A stretch of 64,000 nt of DNA from a virus, in IMG/VR virus record IMGVR_UViG_3300011271_000003, positions 1-64,000 of that record; one strand, written 5' to 3'. Shown here one piece after another: positions 10,594-21,425 of the stretch (within the stretch, counting starts at the first letter, position 1; the number at the start of each line of letters is the position of its first letter). The notes below the pieces were generated by a model, which saw nothing but the letters and a program-made list of their open reading frames with translations, was not told where the DNA came from and did no database searches. Both the position numbers and the translations under genes were made by a program.

Positions 10594-10851
10594 TTACTCC
10601 CACCAGCTGTGCTCCCGTATGACTGCTTCTCCATGATACCACCAGTGAGCGCCGTCGGCACCTCTGCCACCTACTGTCCTCCAGTCACCGTCAGGGAGTT
10701 CTCTAATCTGGCGATCCCAAGGTCCATCAGGATAGATCCCTGGACCGAACTGACTGTAGAGGCCTTGTGGGAAGCCTGACTGTTCTGAGTAGGTACAGGA
10801 TATAAGAACTGTGCCATCTTGCCTGATGTCACGCATCATGAAGGTTTTCAT
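10594..10851 (-). CDS. Hypothetical protein
   Basis: ORF tiled with neighbours. Confidence 0.55.
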   Translation of the reverse strand: MKTFMMRDIRQDGTVLISCTYSEQSGFPQGLYSQFGPGIYPDGPWDRQIRELPDGDWRTVGGRGADGAHWWYHGEAVIREHSWWE

Positions 10852-11129
10852 CAGTAGGTCTCTTCTCCCTCGAGAGCCCTGAATAGCTTCAGTGCGTCGG
10901 GGCTCCAGCCGCCTGAGGGTTTCCAGGTCTGCAACTCTTCGGCAAGGTCGCGCAGCTCCTCTCGCCTACCGACGATCTTGACAGTCACTCTGGTCCAGCC
11001 TTCGATGCCGATCTTAGCTACCTTGTCTACCAGGTCAGCGTACTCTCGAAGCGTCTTGGGAGTCTCCTCACCGAGATCCTCTTCCACTACAGCCTCGAAC
11101 TTGGTGACCTCACGCCGCATGCTAGGCAT
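10851..11129 (-). CDS. Hypothetical protein
   Basis: ORF with GGAGG RBS, tiled. Confidence 0.55.
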   Translation of the reverse strand: MPSMRREVTKFEAVVEEDLGEETPKTLREYADLVDKVAKIGIEGWTRVTVKIVGRREELRDLAEELQTWKPSGGWSPDALKLFRALEGEETY

Positions 11130-11346
11130 GCGGACCCTCCTTTTCGTATCGCCGGCCCGTCTTCTCGCAGAGCCCGAGAGCGAGAGTGGCAGCCCTTACA
11201 CTCTTGCCCTCTGCACGAAGTGCAAAGTACGCCTGCTTTCTCTCCCTACGCGCTGCTGACTGTACATCATGTCCCATCTGGGCGAACCCCTTGCGCAGGT
11301 ACTGCAGACGTTCAGGTGTGTTAACTCTCTTCAACTTCTCTGTCAT
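11122..11346 (-). CDS. Small helix-turn-helix protein
   Basis: LRAEGKSVRAATLALGLCEKTGRRY HTH pattern. Confidence 0.6.
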   Translation of the reverse strand: MTEKLKRVNTPERLQYLRKGFAQMGHDVQSAARRERKQAYFALRAEGKSVRAATLALGLCEKTGRRYEKEGPHA

Positions 11347-11408
11347 TGTCCAACCTTTCGCGGCCTGCGGAGACTTGTACCCCCCTCCGGAGGCGTGTGT
11401 TACATTGT

Positions 11409-11918
11409 TTAACTCGGCTTCAGTCTCAGGAGTAGCTCGTTTCTGAGCTCAGGTGGTGCCTTCGGGTTATTAACTGCCCAGTATGTGAAGTGGCGCATGG
11501 CGTCGTTGGCGTGCCTCCAGGGTGTCTTTGGCGTAATTAGGAGACCCATCCTGATAAGCTTGTCATCCGTTGCCCAACCGGTACCATTCTTCTTGCTCGG
11601 CTTAACACTTGATCCTTGCCAGACTACAGTTGCGCCGAATGCTTGCTGGAAGCGTTTAACAACGCCTATGTACTCTACGCTTACCAACTTGGCAAACTCG
11701 GCATTACGGTGGTCGAAGCGTTCGCATACAATAAGGAAGTGTTCGGGGTCGTAGACCGAGTCCATAAGGTGTTTAGTTGTCTCTTTCAGAAGCTGATCTA
11801 GCTTCCAGTGGTGGTCTTCCGGACCTAGCTGTCCATGCGTCCACATACCTCCTGGGACACCGGAGTCCCAGATGACATACCCTGTTGTTCCGCCTGGGTC
11901 GATTGCTATCACACGCAC
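11409..11918 (-). CDS. RuvC-like Holliday junction resolvase
   Basis: IAIDPGGTTG, VCERF and HANDAMRH catalytic motifs. Confidence 0.8.
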   Translation of the reverse strand: MRVIAIDPGGTTGYVIWDSGVPGGMWTHGQLGPEDHHWKLDQLLKETTKHLMDSVYDPEHFLIVCERFDHRNAEFAKLVSVEYIGVVKRFQQAFGATVVWQGSSVKPSKKNGTGWATDDKLIRMGLLITPKTPWRHANDAMRHFTYWAVNNPKAPPELRNELLLRLKPS

Positions 11919-11939
11919 TTTCTAACCTCCTGACTAACT

Positions 11940-11968
11940 AGTTAGAATGAAGTTAGACGCTCTAGCTC
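11940..11968 (+). repeat. Copy 1 of a 29-bp long-range inverted repeat (partner 48086-48114)
   Basis: AGTTAGAATGAAGTTAGACGCTCTAGCTC matches the reverse complement of 48086-48114 with 1 mismatch. Confidence 0.85.
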
Positions 11969-12067
11969 CCCAAGTCTTAGATTGACACGTGATCTTAAAG
12001 CTCCATAGGACAAACGAGGTCTAATCGCTGTCTATGCGCGGATATTAGCTCTCGTAGCAACGAGTTA

Positions 12068-12409
12068 TTAGCTAGGTACTTCGCTCTTCTGGCGAGCGCG
12101 TAGTGCCTGGTTATACTCACGTCTGTGCTGCACGCAATACGCCGACTTCGGGTGCGCTTTGGGTGCGCTACACTTGGCGCACGTTCCAGCAGCTTCTCGT
12201 TGTGTCAGGAGTGCTAGGTTGTGCGCGTTCTCGGTGTGTACCCATTCGGCGTGGTGGCCTGTGCAGTAGCCCGACGCTGCACCTACGAGTTCTTCGCACC
12301 CTTTGCGAAGACAGGCATCGTTTCCGTAAACGGTGATCATGTGCATACGGACGTGAGAGATGTGGTTCTTGTCCGTCTTTTCTCTAATGCAGAGTGTGCA
12401 GTTAGGCAT
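12068..12409 (-). CDS. Cys/His-rich putative zinc-binding protein
   Basis: Repeated CxxC...YCxxH motifs. Confidence 0.5.
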   Translation of the reverse strand: MPNCTLCIREKTDKNHISHVRMHMITVYGNDACLRKGCEELVGAASGYCTGHHAEWVHTENAHNLALLTQREAAGTCAKCSAPKAHPKSAYCVQHRREYNQALRARQKSEVPS

Positions 12410-12728
12410 TCTGACCTACCTCTGCTAGTAGGAGTACTCGTTCAGCCTGGAGCTCGTCAATGCGAGCATCAATAGCCGCTATGCGTGATGCCACGCTTAC
12501 CTTTTTGTCGCCTCTTCTGCGCAACTCTAGGTTATTCGGATACGTAAGGTCTGATCTGTCTGAGCTACGAAAAGAAACGTACTCACCGGGCTGCAGACGT
12601 CTACCGATGGCTTCTTCTACTACTAGTATGTGTGTGCCAATCCAGCCTCGGTCTGCTGTCTTTGTGTGTTGGTACCCGTTCTTGTTTATGCAAGTGTCTC
12701 CGACTTCAGAGCTTCTTCCTCTGGTCAC
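12402..12728 (-). CDS. HNH-like (possibly degenerate) endonuclease-family protein
   Basis: GY...HILVVEEAIGRRLQPGEYV...NNLEL resembles HNH_3 but lacks the HH motif. Confidence 0.5.
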   Translation of the reverse strand: MTRGRSSEVGDTCINKNGYQHTKTADRGWIGTHILVVEEAIGRRLQPGEYVSFRSSDRSDLTYPNNLELRRRGDKKVSVASRIAAIDARIDELQAERVLLLAEVGQNA

Positions 12729-13210
12729 GGATCTCCCTCTTCCTTTCTAGCCCACGCAGCCGGTCGGCTTCGCGCCAGGCTGACCTGGCAAGGGCTACGA
12801 AGATGTGCGCCTCACATTCGTGTCTGACTGAGTCCCACTGACTTATTCCGTTTAGCCATTTAAGCATACCGGCTATTTGTGGGTCGCTACTGTAAAAGGT
12901 TGTCTCGATCGTTATTGCCACTGTTCTCCAGGTGCGCCTTGTAGATCGCTGCTGCCTGTTTAATAGAGCTCGCTTCTCCTAGCAGGTCGTACATGTAGTA
13001 CGAGTCTCTTATATTTGCGTATTCAGCCATACACTTACAGCGAACGTTAAGAATCTTGCCGTTGCTACCTTGCTTGCCCGAGAGTATAAGCTTGTGCTCA
13101 GGCTCGCTTTGGAGTCTTACCTCTTTACGTGGTCCCATACGGAGTCGCGATCGCATGCGTGCGATCTGCTCTTCGATGGATCCCCACTCATGCCAAGTCA
13201 TAGGGAGTTC

Positions 13211-13768
13211 CTATGGGGTGCTGAATTGTGGTGACGGTACCGCAGTGGGCGTAGAGCTGGAGGAGGGCGTGGGGTCTGGACTAGGGGAAGGCATGGATGG
13301 AGAGGCCGAGGAGGGTGATATTGATGGTAGAGCCGAAGATGAGAAGGAGGGTGAGATAGATACCGACGGCGCAGGCGAGGGCGTCTGGCTTGTCGGGTTG
13401 ATCGTTACTGATGTCGTTCCTCCTAGGGTTGTGCCTCGCTCATTAGAGTTAGTCGTTATCGCATGCAGAGGCTTGTGCGTAGCGGCTTCGATAGCTGTTA
13501 GGCCTCCGAACCCCAATGCGACTGCTGCGAGACCTACTCCGAAGCCCTGCATGATGTACTTGTTCCTTCTGCCGATGCTCTTGAAGTGGTGCTTACCTCT
13601 TTCTAGGGCTGCCTGATACAGCTGTGTCGCTCCTCCTGCAACGATGGCACCTAGTGCTACTCCGACTAGTGTGCCTTGATCGCCAAAAATAGACCCGACA
13701 TAAGTTGCGCTGACTGCTGCTGCTGCACCAATAGCGAGCTTAGTTGTAGTCTCTTCGACCTTACTCAT
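13211..13768 (-). CDS. Membrane protein with Ser/Pro/Thr-rich tail
   Basis: Three hydrophobic segments followed by a low-complexity SP tail. Confidence 0.6.
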   Translation of the reverse strand: MSKVEETTTKLAIGAAAAVSATYVGSIFGDQGTLVGVALGAIVAGGATQLYQAALERGKHHFKSIGRRNKYIMQGFGVGLAAVALGFGGLTAIEAATHKPLHAITTNSNERGTTLGGTTSVTINPTSQTPSPAPSVSISPSFSSSALPSISPSSASPSMPSPSPDPTPSSSSTPTAVPSPQFSTP

Positions 13769-14801
13769 GAACCCACTTTCCGACGAGCACTTCCCGTAGG
13801 CGCTCTTGACGTTCTGCATGTGTACTGGGTAGTGCCTCTCCTACATGCTGATCGGGACGTAGCGCGTCGAATGACCAGGCGTCGTCTGATAGGCACCAGA
13901 TGACGAGTTGTAGCTCTGTCCAAAGCGGGTGTCGTGTTTGCGCCACGAACAGACCTTGAAGGTCGATTCCTACCTTCACGACGACGTCACCTGGTATGAG
14001 ATCAGACACTTTCACTGGTGTCATCGGGTTCCTCTCGCTCATGCTTGACGAAGTAGTGCAGCTTACGGCCCACATACTCGTTCAAAATTTCTAGCATCTC
14101 ACAGTCTGTAAGCCCAAACTCTTCCTCGATAGCCATTAGGCGCAGGAAAATAGCTGGCTGCACTCCCCGCAGCTCTACGTCCCTCGGGTGGATGCTAGGC
14201 ACGCTGTTTCCATTCCGTCTGGCGGAAGATGCGGATCAGGTGAAAGTAGACTAGGTGCTGTACACCTAGGATAAGTCCTGCGCCAACTACGGCGCCTGCT
14301 GTCCCTATCAGCAGATTCTTCTTGTTCATGTTGTTCCTCAGGAGGTTACTAGTATTAGGTCGCGAGGGTTGACACCTGCTCGTTCATATGCCTCATCTGA
14401 GATCGTTGCTACCTTCCGTCCTCGCTCATCGTAGAAGCGCCAGTAGCAGCGTACAAAGTCATGTGCCCATCCAGGCTGGGTAGTGTATCTCATTCCACAC
14501 TCGTTAGGTACGTGACTTGGACCTTGCCACGTTCGGACCAGTCTACGTCGACGATGATGCTGTCCTCAAACGCTCTTGCTGGAATCTTATCTGAAAATAT
14601 GCCTATGTAGTCAGGATCGTCCTCGTTGACGTCTGTGTTGTACCAGGTTCTGTGTAGCTGCTTGTTAAACATACTACCTACCTCTCAGCAGTCCCCAGGT
14701 TGTAAGCAGCCTCACAAGAAGTGGTGGCACGGACCTCCAGGAGAGCTTTCTGACTAGAAGTTTCGGTGTAGGAATGGGTCGATATGCTGGTGGGATGTAC
14801 G

Positions 14802-17800
14802 TCATGCTGCTAGCTCCACTTTCTCGTTGAGGTCGCCCCAGTTCGGCCCACTCTTAAGGTCGACCTTGAAGGCTACGTAGTTGCCAACTATCCGACGCGC
14901 TGACTCGAGCATCTCCTCGTTCATGGTGGTTGCTACTTCCTGCAGCCGATCTGGGTGGCACTCAGCTAGTATTGAGTCGTGTACGATGTTTCTGATAAAG
15001 CCGATGCCCTTGAGCCTTGGGCGAATATGGATAAAAGCGTCGAGGCAGATATCGCTTGCGGTTGATTGTGGAAGGAATGCTAGGGCCTCGTTGAGGACGT
15101 CCTTTCTGTTCTGGTTCGTAATAAGCCAGAAACGTCGGTGGCGTCCGTAGGGTGTAATGAGGTCGTTACCCTTTAGGACACTCTGTCTTGTCCGTTCCCG
15201 GAACGCCACTGTTTGCGGGATCACCTTGAAGAACTCAGTCATACCTCGCTGAGCTTCTGACATTGGGATGCCGAACTCCATGGCGATGCTCATTGCTTCT
15301 CGTCCGTATGCAAGACCATACACGTAAGCTTTTACTCTAATCCTGAGTTCCTTCATTTGTGCTGGTGTTAGTCCTGACACGTTGCCGTACAGGATCGGTG
15401 TCAGCTCGTCGAACAGGTCGCGGGTAGGATCGTTGAAGATTCCTCTCAGGTATTCGTCCTGGGCCAGCCAACAGAGAACTCGAAGCTCGTTCTGGCAGTT
15501 ATGTGTCAGGTACCCTTCTGCAACGAGTGTGTGAGTTGATGTTTGCACTGCTATGACCTCCTGTTCGCCTATGTGTTTGACAGATATAATCTTGTGTGGC
15601 GTGCAGCTAGTTCTGCCCAGCCAGATATCCTCGCTGCGCGCTAGGAACCGTTCTGGCCGTAGCTGGCCTACCAGGCGCAGCGCCGTTCTTGGTGGGCCGC
15701 TGATCTTGTATCTTTTGCACTTGCTAGTACCGTAAGCAACGGCTGAGTATCCTCGTTTCTGTAGGAGCGAGCACGCCTTACTAGCTACGAGGCCATCGTT
15801 CTGACCAAACTTAACTCCGTCCCACTTTCCCGATGAATTTCTGTCGAGGGAGCCTTCACCGTCTAGAAACCCTGCGAGCCAACCGCCGTCTCTGCTGTCG
15901 TCTACTTCCCAAGGCTCTACGTAGAAGAGGAGACTTTGTCCAGCCTTTAGCTTACTAGTTTGAATCCAAGTACGACCTGAGGCACTTGAGTACCGCGCAA
16001 CCCACAGGTGGTCGTGACTACTTATGAGCTTTTTTCCGTTCTGTAGAGTAATTTCGTAGCAGGGCTTTGTCAGTCTACCCGTTTTTGTAACTCTTGTGGG
16101 CTCCATGTAAGAGGTATCTTCTTCGCGAAATCCTATGAGCTCATCTCCTGCTTTGAGGTTGTCTATCGTATCCCAGGTGAGGTCTTTTTTTAGGATGCGA
16201 GTTTCGGGGCTTAGACAGTAGTCGCCCTCAATGAACACATTCTCGGGTTTGCACGGAACAAATTGGCGACGCATGGTACTGTCGCGGGGGATATTCTGAA
16301 GGTTAGGGTTACGACAGCTGAGTCGTCCGGTAGTTGTACCATGGAGAAGAAAGGTAGGGTACACACGGCCACGGTACATTCGTTTACGTAGGCCTTTGAC
16401 ATATGTTCCGTAGAGCTTGGCTTCTTTTCTGTGTTCAAGCATCCTCCTGAAGAACTCTTCTGCTGAAGTCATGCCCCTGGCGATAGTTTGCTCTAGAAGC
16501 CCCTCGAGAGCATCGGCATCAGTAGTTTCTGCGTACTCCCGTTTCTGGTTCATCTTCATGGGCAGCTTAAGGTGAAATTCTTCCTTAACTACCTCTTTGA
16601 CCTGCTTGGGCGACCGTGGATTGAAGGCCAAGCGGCCTGGGATTGCGTTAGCGATCCTTTCCTCTAGGATTGCCAAGCTGGCAGCATAGCTGATCGCCAA
16701 CTCCTTGTTGTACGCCGAATCGATCCCGATTCCGTTCAGTTCAGCGTAGGCGAGCTGATCGCTAGCTCGGCATAGGAACTCTTGAAGCTCCACAAGCCCC
16801 CAGAGCTGACCATCAGCTCTACGCCTAACGGGTTCTGGCTTGCCGTTTGCTATCAGGATCTTCTGATGCATGTCTCGAAGCAGCGCTGTAACGTGGACGT
16901 CCCAGGCGTTGTACTTGTAGAGTACCTGACGAGGAATGACGCCATATCCATCGCCGGGGCTAAGGTACTTGTCCAGCTCATGTTTCCAGTTAGGAGCTCC
17001 GAGCTTCTCGATTCCTTGGTAGTCTAGTCTGTGTACTCCTTGCCTTTCGTCTTGACAGTAGTTGGCGAGCATGGTGTCGAAATGGAGCTTGAAGAGGTTG
17101 AAGTCGAGCTTCGCCCAGAGGCCCTTTAGGTCGAACTTTCCGTTCTGGGCATCGATTGGGTGCGTGCTGAGGTGCAGCCTCAGAGCATTGAGTACAGCCT
17201 CGTCGTGGCATGCCGTTTCCCCAATGACTACGACCTTACCAGGTGCGTAACCGAGCCCAACGCAGAGCAGCTCATGTCGAGTAGGGTTTTCGAAACTGAC
17301 GTCTTTCTCGATGTTCGACTCAATATCTACTACGACAGGGCCTGGTATCTTCTGCAGCTCGGCGAGAGCTTGGAGAGCCGTAGGAACGTCGTCATATGCT
17401 TTCCACTTAGGCTCATACCAAACACCGCTGAAGCCTTTCAGTTTTCCGAAGTCGCTGACTAGTGACGGAAAAAAATCAGGTACGCGCAAGCACGCGGCAG
17501 GGTGGAAAGTTGCTACTACACGTACGTCAGGGAGATCGATTTCGTTGGTCCGACCCTGGCCGATACGGAGCGTCGTGATTCCCACTTTAGTCGCAAGAAT
17601 CGATTGCGCGGAAGAGTTACCGAGAGCGACCACATCTTCGACATTGCGGTCTTTGAGCTCAGCCAGTAGACGGGGCCGACATGCTTGGAGCGCTTTTGCG
17701 GACGGCGTGGCCCCGTTGGCTTCACGGCAGAGGCAAGCATTGGAGAGTAGAACTTCCTTCCGATTAATCTGGTAATGACGTAGGATAGTGTCGAGCAGCT

Positions 17801-17990
17801 TGCCTGACTCTCCAATGAACGGCCTACCTATGCGTGCTTCGTTAGCACCTGGAGCTTCACCGACTATTGCGAGTTTTGCCTTAGCTGGTCCGTCACTTGG
17901 AACAAACTGTCCTTCTGCGTAGAGAGGACAGTCTTCACACTTTGCCAACGGGTGTTTCCTGAGCGACGTCAGCTGCTCAGGCTCGGTCAT
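14802..17990 (-). CDS. polA: Family A DNA polymerase with N-terminal uracil-DNA glycosylase (family 4-like) domain, 3'-5' exonuclease and intein
   Basis: CEDC, VGEAPG, GRPFIGESG, TFHPAA (UDG); DIE, QNGKFD, YNAWD (exo); TGRLSCRNPNLQNIPR, DY|CQNELR, KAYVYGLAYG, VHDSI (Pol A). Confidence 0.93.
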   Translation of the reverse strand: MTEPEQLTSLRKHPLAKCEDCPLYAEGQFVPSDGPAKAKLAIVGEAPGANEARIGRPFIGESGKLLDTILRHYQINRKEVLLSNACLCREANGATPSAKALQACRPRLLAELKDRNVEDVVALGNSSAQSILATKVGITTLRIGQGRTNEIDLPDVRVVATFHPAACLRVPDFFPSLVSDFGKLKGFSGVWYEPKWKAYDDVPTALQALAELQKIPGPVVVDIESNIEKDVSFENPTRHELLCVGLGYAPGKVVVIGETACHDEAVLNALRLHLSTHPIDAQNGKFDLKGLWAKLDFNLFKLHFDTMLANYCQDERQGVHRLDYQGIEKLGAPNWKHELDKYLSPGDGYGVIPRQVLYKYNAWDVHVTALLRDMHQKILIANGKPEPVRRRADGQLWGLVELQEFLCRASDQLAYAELNGIGIDSAYNKELAISYAASLAILEERIANAIPGRLAFNPRSPKQVKEVVKEEFHLKLPMKMNQKREYAETTDADALEGLLEQTIARGMTSAEEFFRRMLEHRKEAKLYGTYVKGLRKRMYRGRVYPTFLLHGTTTGRLSCRNPNLQNIPRDSTMRRQFVPCKPENVFIEGDYCLSPETRILKKDLTWDTIDNLKAGDELIGFREEDTSYMEPTRVTKTGRLTKPCYEITLQNGKKLISSHDHLWVARYSSASGRTWIQTSKLKAGQSLLFYVEPWEVDDSRDGGWLAGFLDGEGSLDRNSSGKWDGVKFGQNDGLVASKACSLLQKRGYSAVAYGTSKCKRYKISGPPRTALRLVGQLRPERFLARSEDIWLGRTSCTPHKIISVKHIGEQEVIAVQTSTHTLVAEGYLTHNCQNELRVLCWLAQDEYLRGIFNDPTRDLFDELTPILYGNVSGLTPAQMKELRIRVKAYVYGLAYGREAMSIAMEFGIPMSEAQRGMTEFFKVIPQTVAFRERTRQSVLKGNDLITPYGRHRRFWLITNQNRKDVLNEALAFLPQSTASDICLDAFIHIRPRLKGIGFIRNIVHDSILAECHPDRLQEVATTMNEEMLESARRIVGNYVAFKVDLKSGPNWGDLNEKVELAA
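15498..16217 (-). mobile_element. Intein with LAGLIDADG endonuclease in polymerase motif A
   Basis: CLSPET...WLAGFLDGEG...YLTHN followed by C; removal restores DYCQNELR. Confidence 0.92.
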
Positions 17991-18298
17991 GTGGTGACTC
18001 CTAGGTAGATGAAGGCGAAGATAAGCCACATGACTGCAACTAGCGCCACTTTGATTTCCCACCGTTCTGGCTTATAGGGCGGGGGATGGTGGCGTCCGAG
18101 TTTGCGTCGGAAGAGTCTAGACATCACCGACCCACCGCAGAAGTGCGTCGAGCATAGCATCGAACCTCGCTGCTGAAGCAAGAGTTTCAAAGTCGAACGC
18201 ATACTGTACGTGAACGCGGCCCTTGGGGCTGTCCGGGTCTAGCGGTTGAGGGCCAGAGCACACAACGCGAATGGGACCGGAACTCCATGGCGTCCACA

Positions 18299-18919
18299 TC
18301 AGGCGTTGCCCGCTTCCGCACTCTGCCAGTCCCCAGCTATTTCAGTCTGTGCCTGAATAAGGGTCATCTTTCCTGAGCACACCCAGCTGTGAAGTGTGTT
18401 CTCGACTTCGTCCTTGGCGTTCGGGATCGAACCGACTTCAGGCCACAGGTTCGTGACGTCATTCGATCCGCCTAGCTCCAAAGGCACGAGGTGATCCAGC
18501 TCAGACGGTGTATCTGGAGGAATTCCGTACGCGGTGTACATGTACGTCTTGGCCTTGCTCGTTTCACTCACGGGCGGACGTACCGTTTTCGTCCAGCCAC
18601 TAACACAGATCGTGGTGTCGATCGTAGCCTGCGTGACCTTTGGATCTACCGATCCTGGAGTACATGCAGGGTCAGGAAGCTGACTATCTGCTTGTATGTG
18701 ACAGACAAGAAGGACCTTGGAGTAGGTGACCTTACTCTCGTCTGGGATCGCTGCCAGCCCTGTCGAAGTAGGCGTTGGGTGAGTCAGAGGCGGATTGTTC
18801 GTCGAGTTGGTACCGAACACGCCACTCGGCTCCTGAGTCGGAGCGGTGGTAGCTGTTGATCCACAAGCTATAGCGGCTATACCGAAGGTAATGCTAGCGA
18901 TCGCTTTGAGCTTGTTCAC
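18299..18919 (-). CDS. Lipoprotein with HNH-type nuclease domain
   Basis: Signal peptide with lipobox IAAIAC; ELDHLVPLELGGSN..NLWPE..KD motif. Confidence 0.65.
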   Translation of the reverse strand: MNKLKAIASITFGIAAIACGSTATTAPTQEPSGVFGTNSTNNPPLTHPTPTSTGLAAIPDESKVTYSKVLLVCHIQADSQLPDPACTPGSVDPKVTQATIDTTICVSGWTKTVRPPVSETSKAKTYMYTAYGIPPDTPSELDHLVPLELGGSNDVTNLWPEVGSIPNAKDEVENTLHSWVCSGKMTLIQAQTEIAGDWQSAEAGNA

Positions 18920-19180
18920 GTCGTTCTCCCTGTATGATTCGGTCGATTGTCTGGTTGATTTCGTGTAGGTCCTTACGATTGCGGTAGCTACCAACGTAGT
19001 GGACTCTGATAGGTCCTGCTATGCGGGCGAGCCGGCGGAGCTTACTAGCGTTGATGACCTTTCTGCTTTGCGGACTGATCCTGTACCTGTGACACCAGTT
19101 ATGAAACTCTGATTCGTTTCCTGCTACGACAATCTGTAGCTCGTCGAAGTCGTCATTCTTGGCGTGAGGATGCTCGTCCT

Positions 19181-19960
19181 TCATTCTCCGCGACACCAGC
19201 GTTCTAGGATACCAATGTTGTGTCGGACTAGGCTGCCAGGTAGCTGAGCTGGTTCCAGCAGCATGTACCCTGCTTGTCGCTCAACGATGTCATCTTGGCA
19301 GTCGAGATGGCCACCCTCTGCAGCCCAGACGAAGGGTGCAGACGTGTCTACACCTCGGACGAATGGGCCGAGCTCTCTCGCTACGCTCCGGAGCTCTATC
19401 GGGTTCGATCTAGATAGTCCGAGCATATGCAGTGGGAACTGATCGTGATACTCCTGAACGACCCACTGCATGGTTATGAGACGGTCATTTTCCTCGTAGT
19501 CCTCCGTCATGCGCCGAGGGAATCCAAGGGTTATGTTCGTGCGATCGCTCTCTCCTACGAACTTAATGTAGTCCATTCGGCTACCAAGGTCCGTGCCCTG
19601 TACTACAGCCATGAGCTTTATGAACGGTGCTCGGATGGGCTGACGCTGATACCAGCGGTCGAAGTGACACAAGAACGCATCCTGCCGCTCTATGGTCTCT
19701 ACCGGATCGTCTTTCACGTCCGGCATTACGATCTCGGACACCTTGTACTCGGCTGCTAGTTCCAGGAGGTTCTGATCGTCGAGAATGTTTCCCTCAAACA
19801 TGCCGTTGTCTAGAATGACATGGAAGCTTGAGCTGTTGCCTAGGTACTTGTAGTGTCTCCGGTACGTCTCGTAGTCGAGGCCTACAGGTATGAGCATCTG
19901 GAGCTCTTGCTTGACTGTATGGTGGAGCATGCACACTGGCGGAATGAGCGCTAGTCTCAC
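19181..19960 (-). CDS. TGT-like TIM-barrel protein, putative DNA 7-deazaguanine transglycosylase (DpdA-like)
   Basis: ILDNGMFE, MPD, MAVVQG, LHMLG and RGVDTS motifs; GTG start after GGAG; clustered with que genes. Confidence 0.65.
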   Translation of the reverse strand: MRLALIPPVCMLHHTVKQELQMLIPVGLDYETYRRHYKYLGNSSSFHVILDNGMFEGNILDDQNLLELAAEYKVSEIVMPDVKDDPVETIERQDAFLCHFDRWYQRQPIRAPFIKLMAVVQGTDLGSRMDYIKFVGESDRTNITLGFPRRMTEDYEENDRLITMQWVVQEYHDQFPLHMLGLSRSNPIELRSVARELGPFVRGVDTSAPFVWAAEGGHLDCQDDIVERQAGYMLLEPAQLPGSLVRHNIGILERWCRGE

Positions 19961-20234
19961 AGGAACTCCGTCTCTGCTACTGCCCAGGCGATTGCATCCT
20001 GCTTGTATGCCCGTCCTAGTTCCGATAGCGCGTGCTTGAGCTTGTCGATATCTAGGATGCCCGTGATCTCGAAGCAAAAGCATACGTTCTGAAACGGAGC
20101 CGTAGGTATTGAGTGCCAAAAGCCATGTACCTGAGTAGCACGGTGAACTATGCTGTAGTGGACCTGGTGTGAGAAGTCTGACCAGTCCTTTTGGCTGAGC
20201 TTGTCGTCGCTGTTGCCTATACTGACGTAGACGA

Positions 20235-20558
20235 TCATGACTTCTGTCCGTATAGGTCGCCCATGGACATGAACCCTTCAGGTATGCCTGCCTGTTGCGC
20301 AGCTCGGTGCTTTGCCGTAATGGCATCTAGTGTCTTCTGTAGCATGTGAAGTTTGATCCAGGTAAAGCTGGCCCAGTTGATAATATCGGCAACCTCCTCC
20401 ATCAGCTCGGAAACGGTGTCAGCCTGTAGCCAGGTGAGCTTTCCGTACTCCTCCTCACCCTGTGCTAGTCGCTTCTTTAGCTCCTCGGCCAGGGCTGTCC
20501 GACCTTCCTCGACCATTGCTTCCAAAGCGCTTTTCATTGTACTTTCGCTTGCGGTCAT
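20235..20558 (-). CDS. MazG-superfamily-like helical protein
   Basis: GEEEYG...ELMEEVADIINW (EExxD) motif. Confidence 0.45.
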   Translation of the reverse strand: MTASESTMKSALEAMVEEGRTALAEELKKRLAQGEEEYGKLTWLQADTVSELMEEVADIINWASFTWIKLHMLQKTLDAITAKHRAAQQAGIPEGFMSMGDLYGQKS

Positions 20559-20820
20559 AGAGATCCTCTAGGTCGATTCCGAGTTGTCCTGCAAGACAAA
20601 AAGCATACACGAATACGTCTACGATTTCGTAGCCTATAGCTGTGCGTGTGTCAGTATCAAGGACTTGCGCACCACTCCGGTACCACTTCTTGTACTCACC
20701 CGCGGCCTCGCCAGCCTCGCCACACAGACCGATGATAGCGTGACTGACGTCATCTTCCAGATGAGGAAACCAACTGACCGTGTCCTCGATTGCCTGGGCC
20801 GTCCGATCATTCAGATTCAC
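20455..20820 (-). CDS. MazG-like nucleotide pyrophosphohydrolase
   Basis: GLCGEAGE..KK...YEIVDVFVY...K..YNEKR. Confidence 0.8.
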   Translation of the reverse strand: MNLNDRTAQAIEDTVSWFPHLEDDVSHAIIGLCGEAGEAAGEYKKWYRSGAQVLDTDTRTAIGYEIVDVFVYAFCLAGQLGIDLEDLYDRKRKYNEKRFGSNGRGRSDSPGRGAKEATSTG

Positions 20821-20971
20821 TGAGGCACCACGCTACGAGTTACCGACTTGACGTCTCTCTCTCGCATCTCTTCGAGGGCGTCCTCTCTAAACTGCCTAGC
20901 TACGCGAGCGTCCTTCTTATGCCTAGCAGGTCCGTCTTCGATCTGGCTTCCCTTGCTGGTCTTGATGAACT

Positions 20972-21214
20972 TCATGCTGTTTCACTTGCTTCTATCGCAC
21001 ATCTGACGAAGCAGTCCTTTGCATGTAGCAGATCCCATAGGCCTGCTGTGAGCTGCGTACTGTCTGGATAGCTGTCAATCATGTGCTCTGCTAGGTCGAA
21101 GACCGCTTCACTTGCATTGCGAGCAGGACCGTCAAGGTGTCTGAACTCGAACCAGCGCGCAATGGCCTTGACGGATGGGTGCCGACCTGTTGTGTTGATT
21201 ACTGGACCACTCAT
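20972..21214 (-). CDS. Conserved small helical phage protein
   Basis: F.F.HL...TAGL..LL.AKDCFVR pattern seen in many phages. Confidence 0.55.
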   Translation of the reverse strand: MSGPVINTTGRHPSVKAIARWFEFRHLDGPARNASEAVFDLAEHMIDSYPDSTQLTAGLWDLLHAKDCFVRCAIEASETA

Positions 21215-21425
21215 GGCTACCTCCTATGATAGGTAACGTTGTAGGTTCCATCGAGCACTGGCGTCAAGAGTAATCTCGCCCAGCTTAGGTCCTGACCAAG
21301 AGAGCTCTCCGTCATGTTCGAAGAGCTCGAACGTAACAGTTCCGTCGGCTCGTTCGTTGACGTTGATAAACTTTGGTCTGGACCCCACCTCACAGCCGGG
21401 CCCACGCTCACTGTAGGTGTACATG

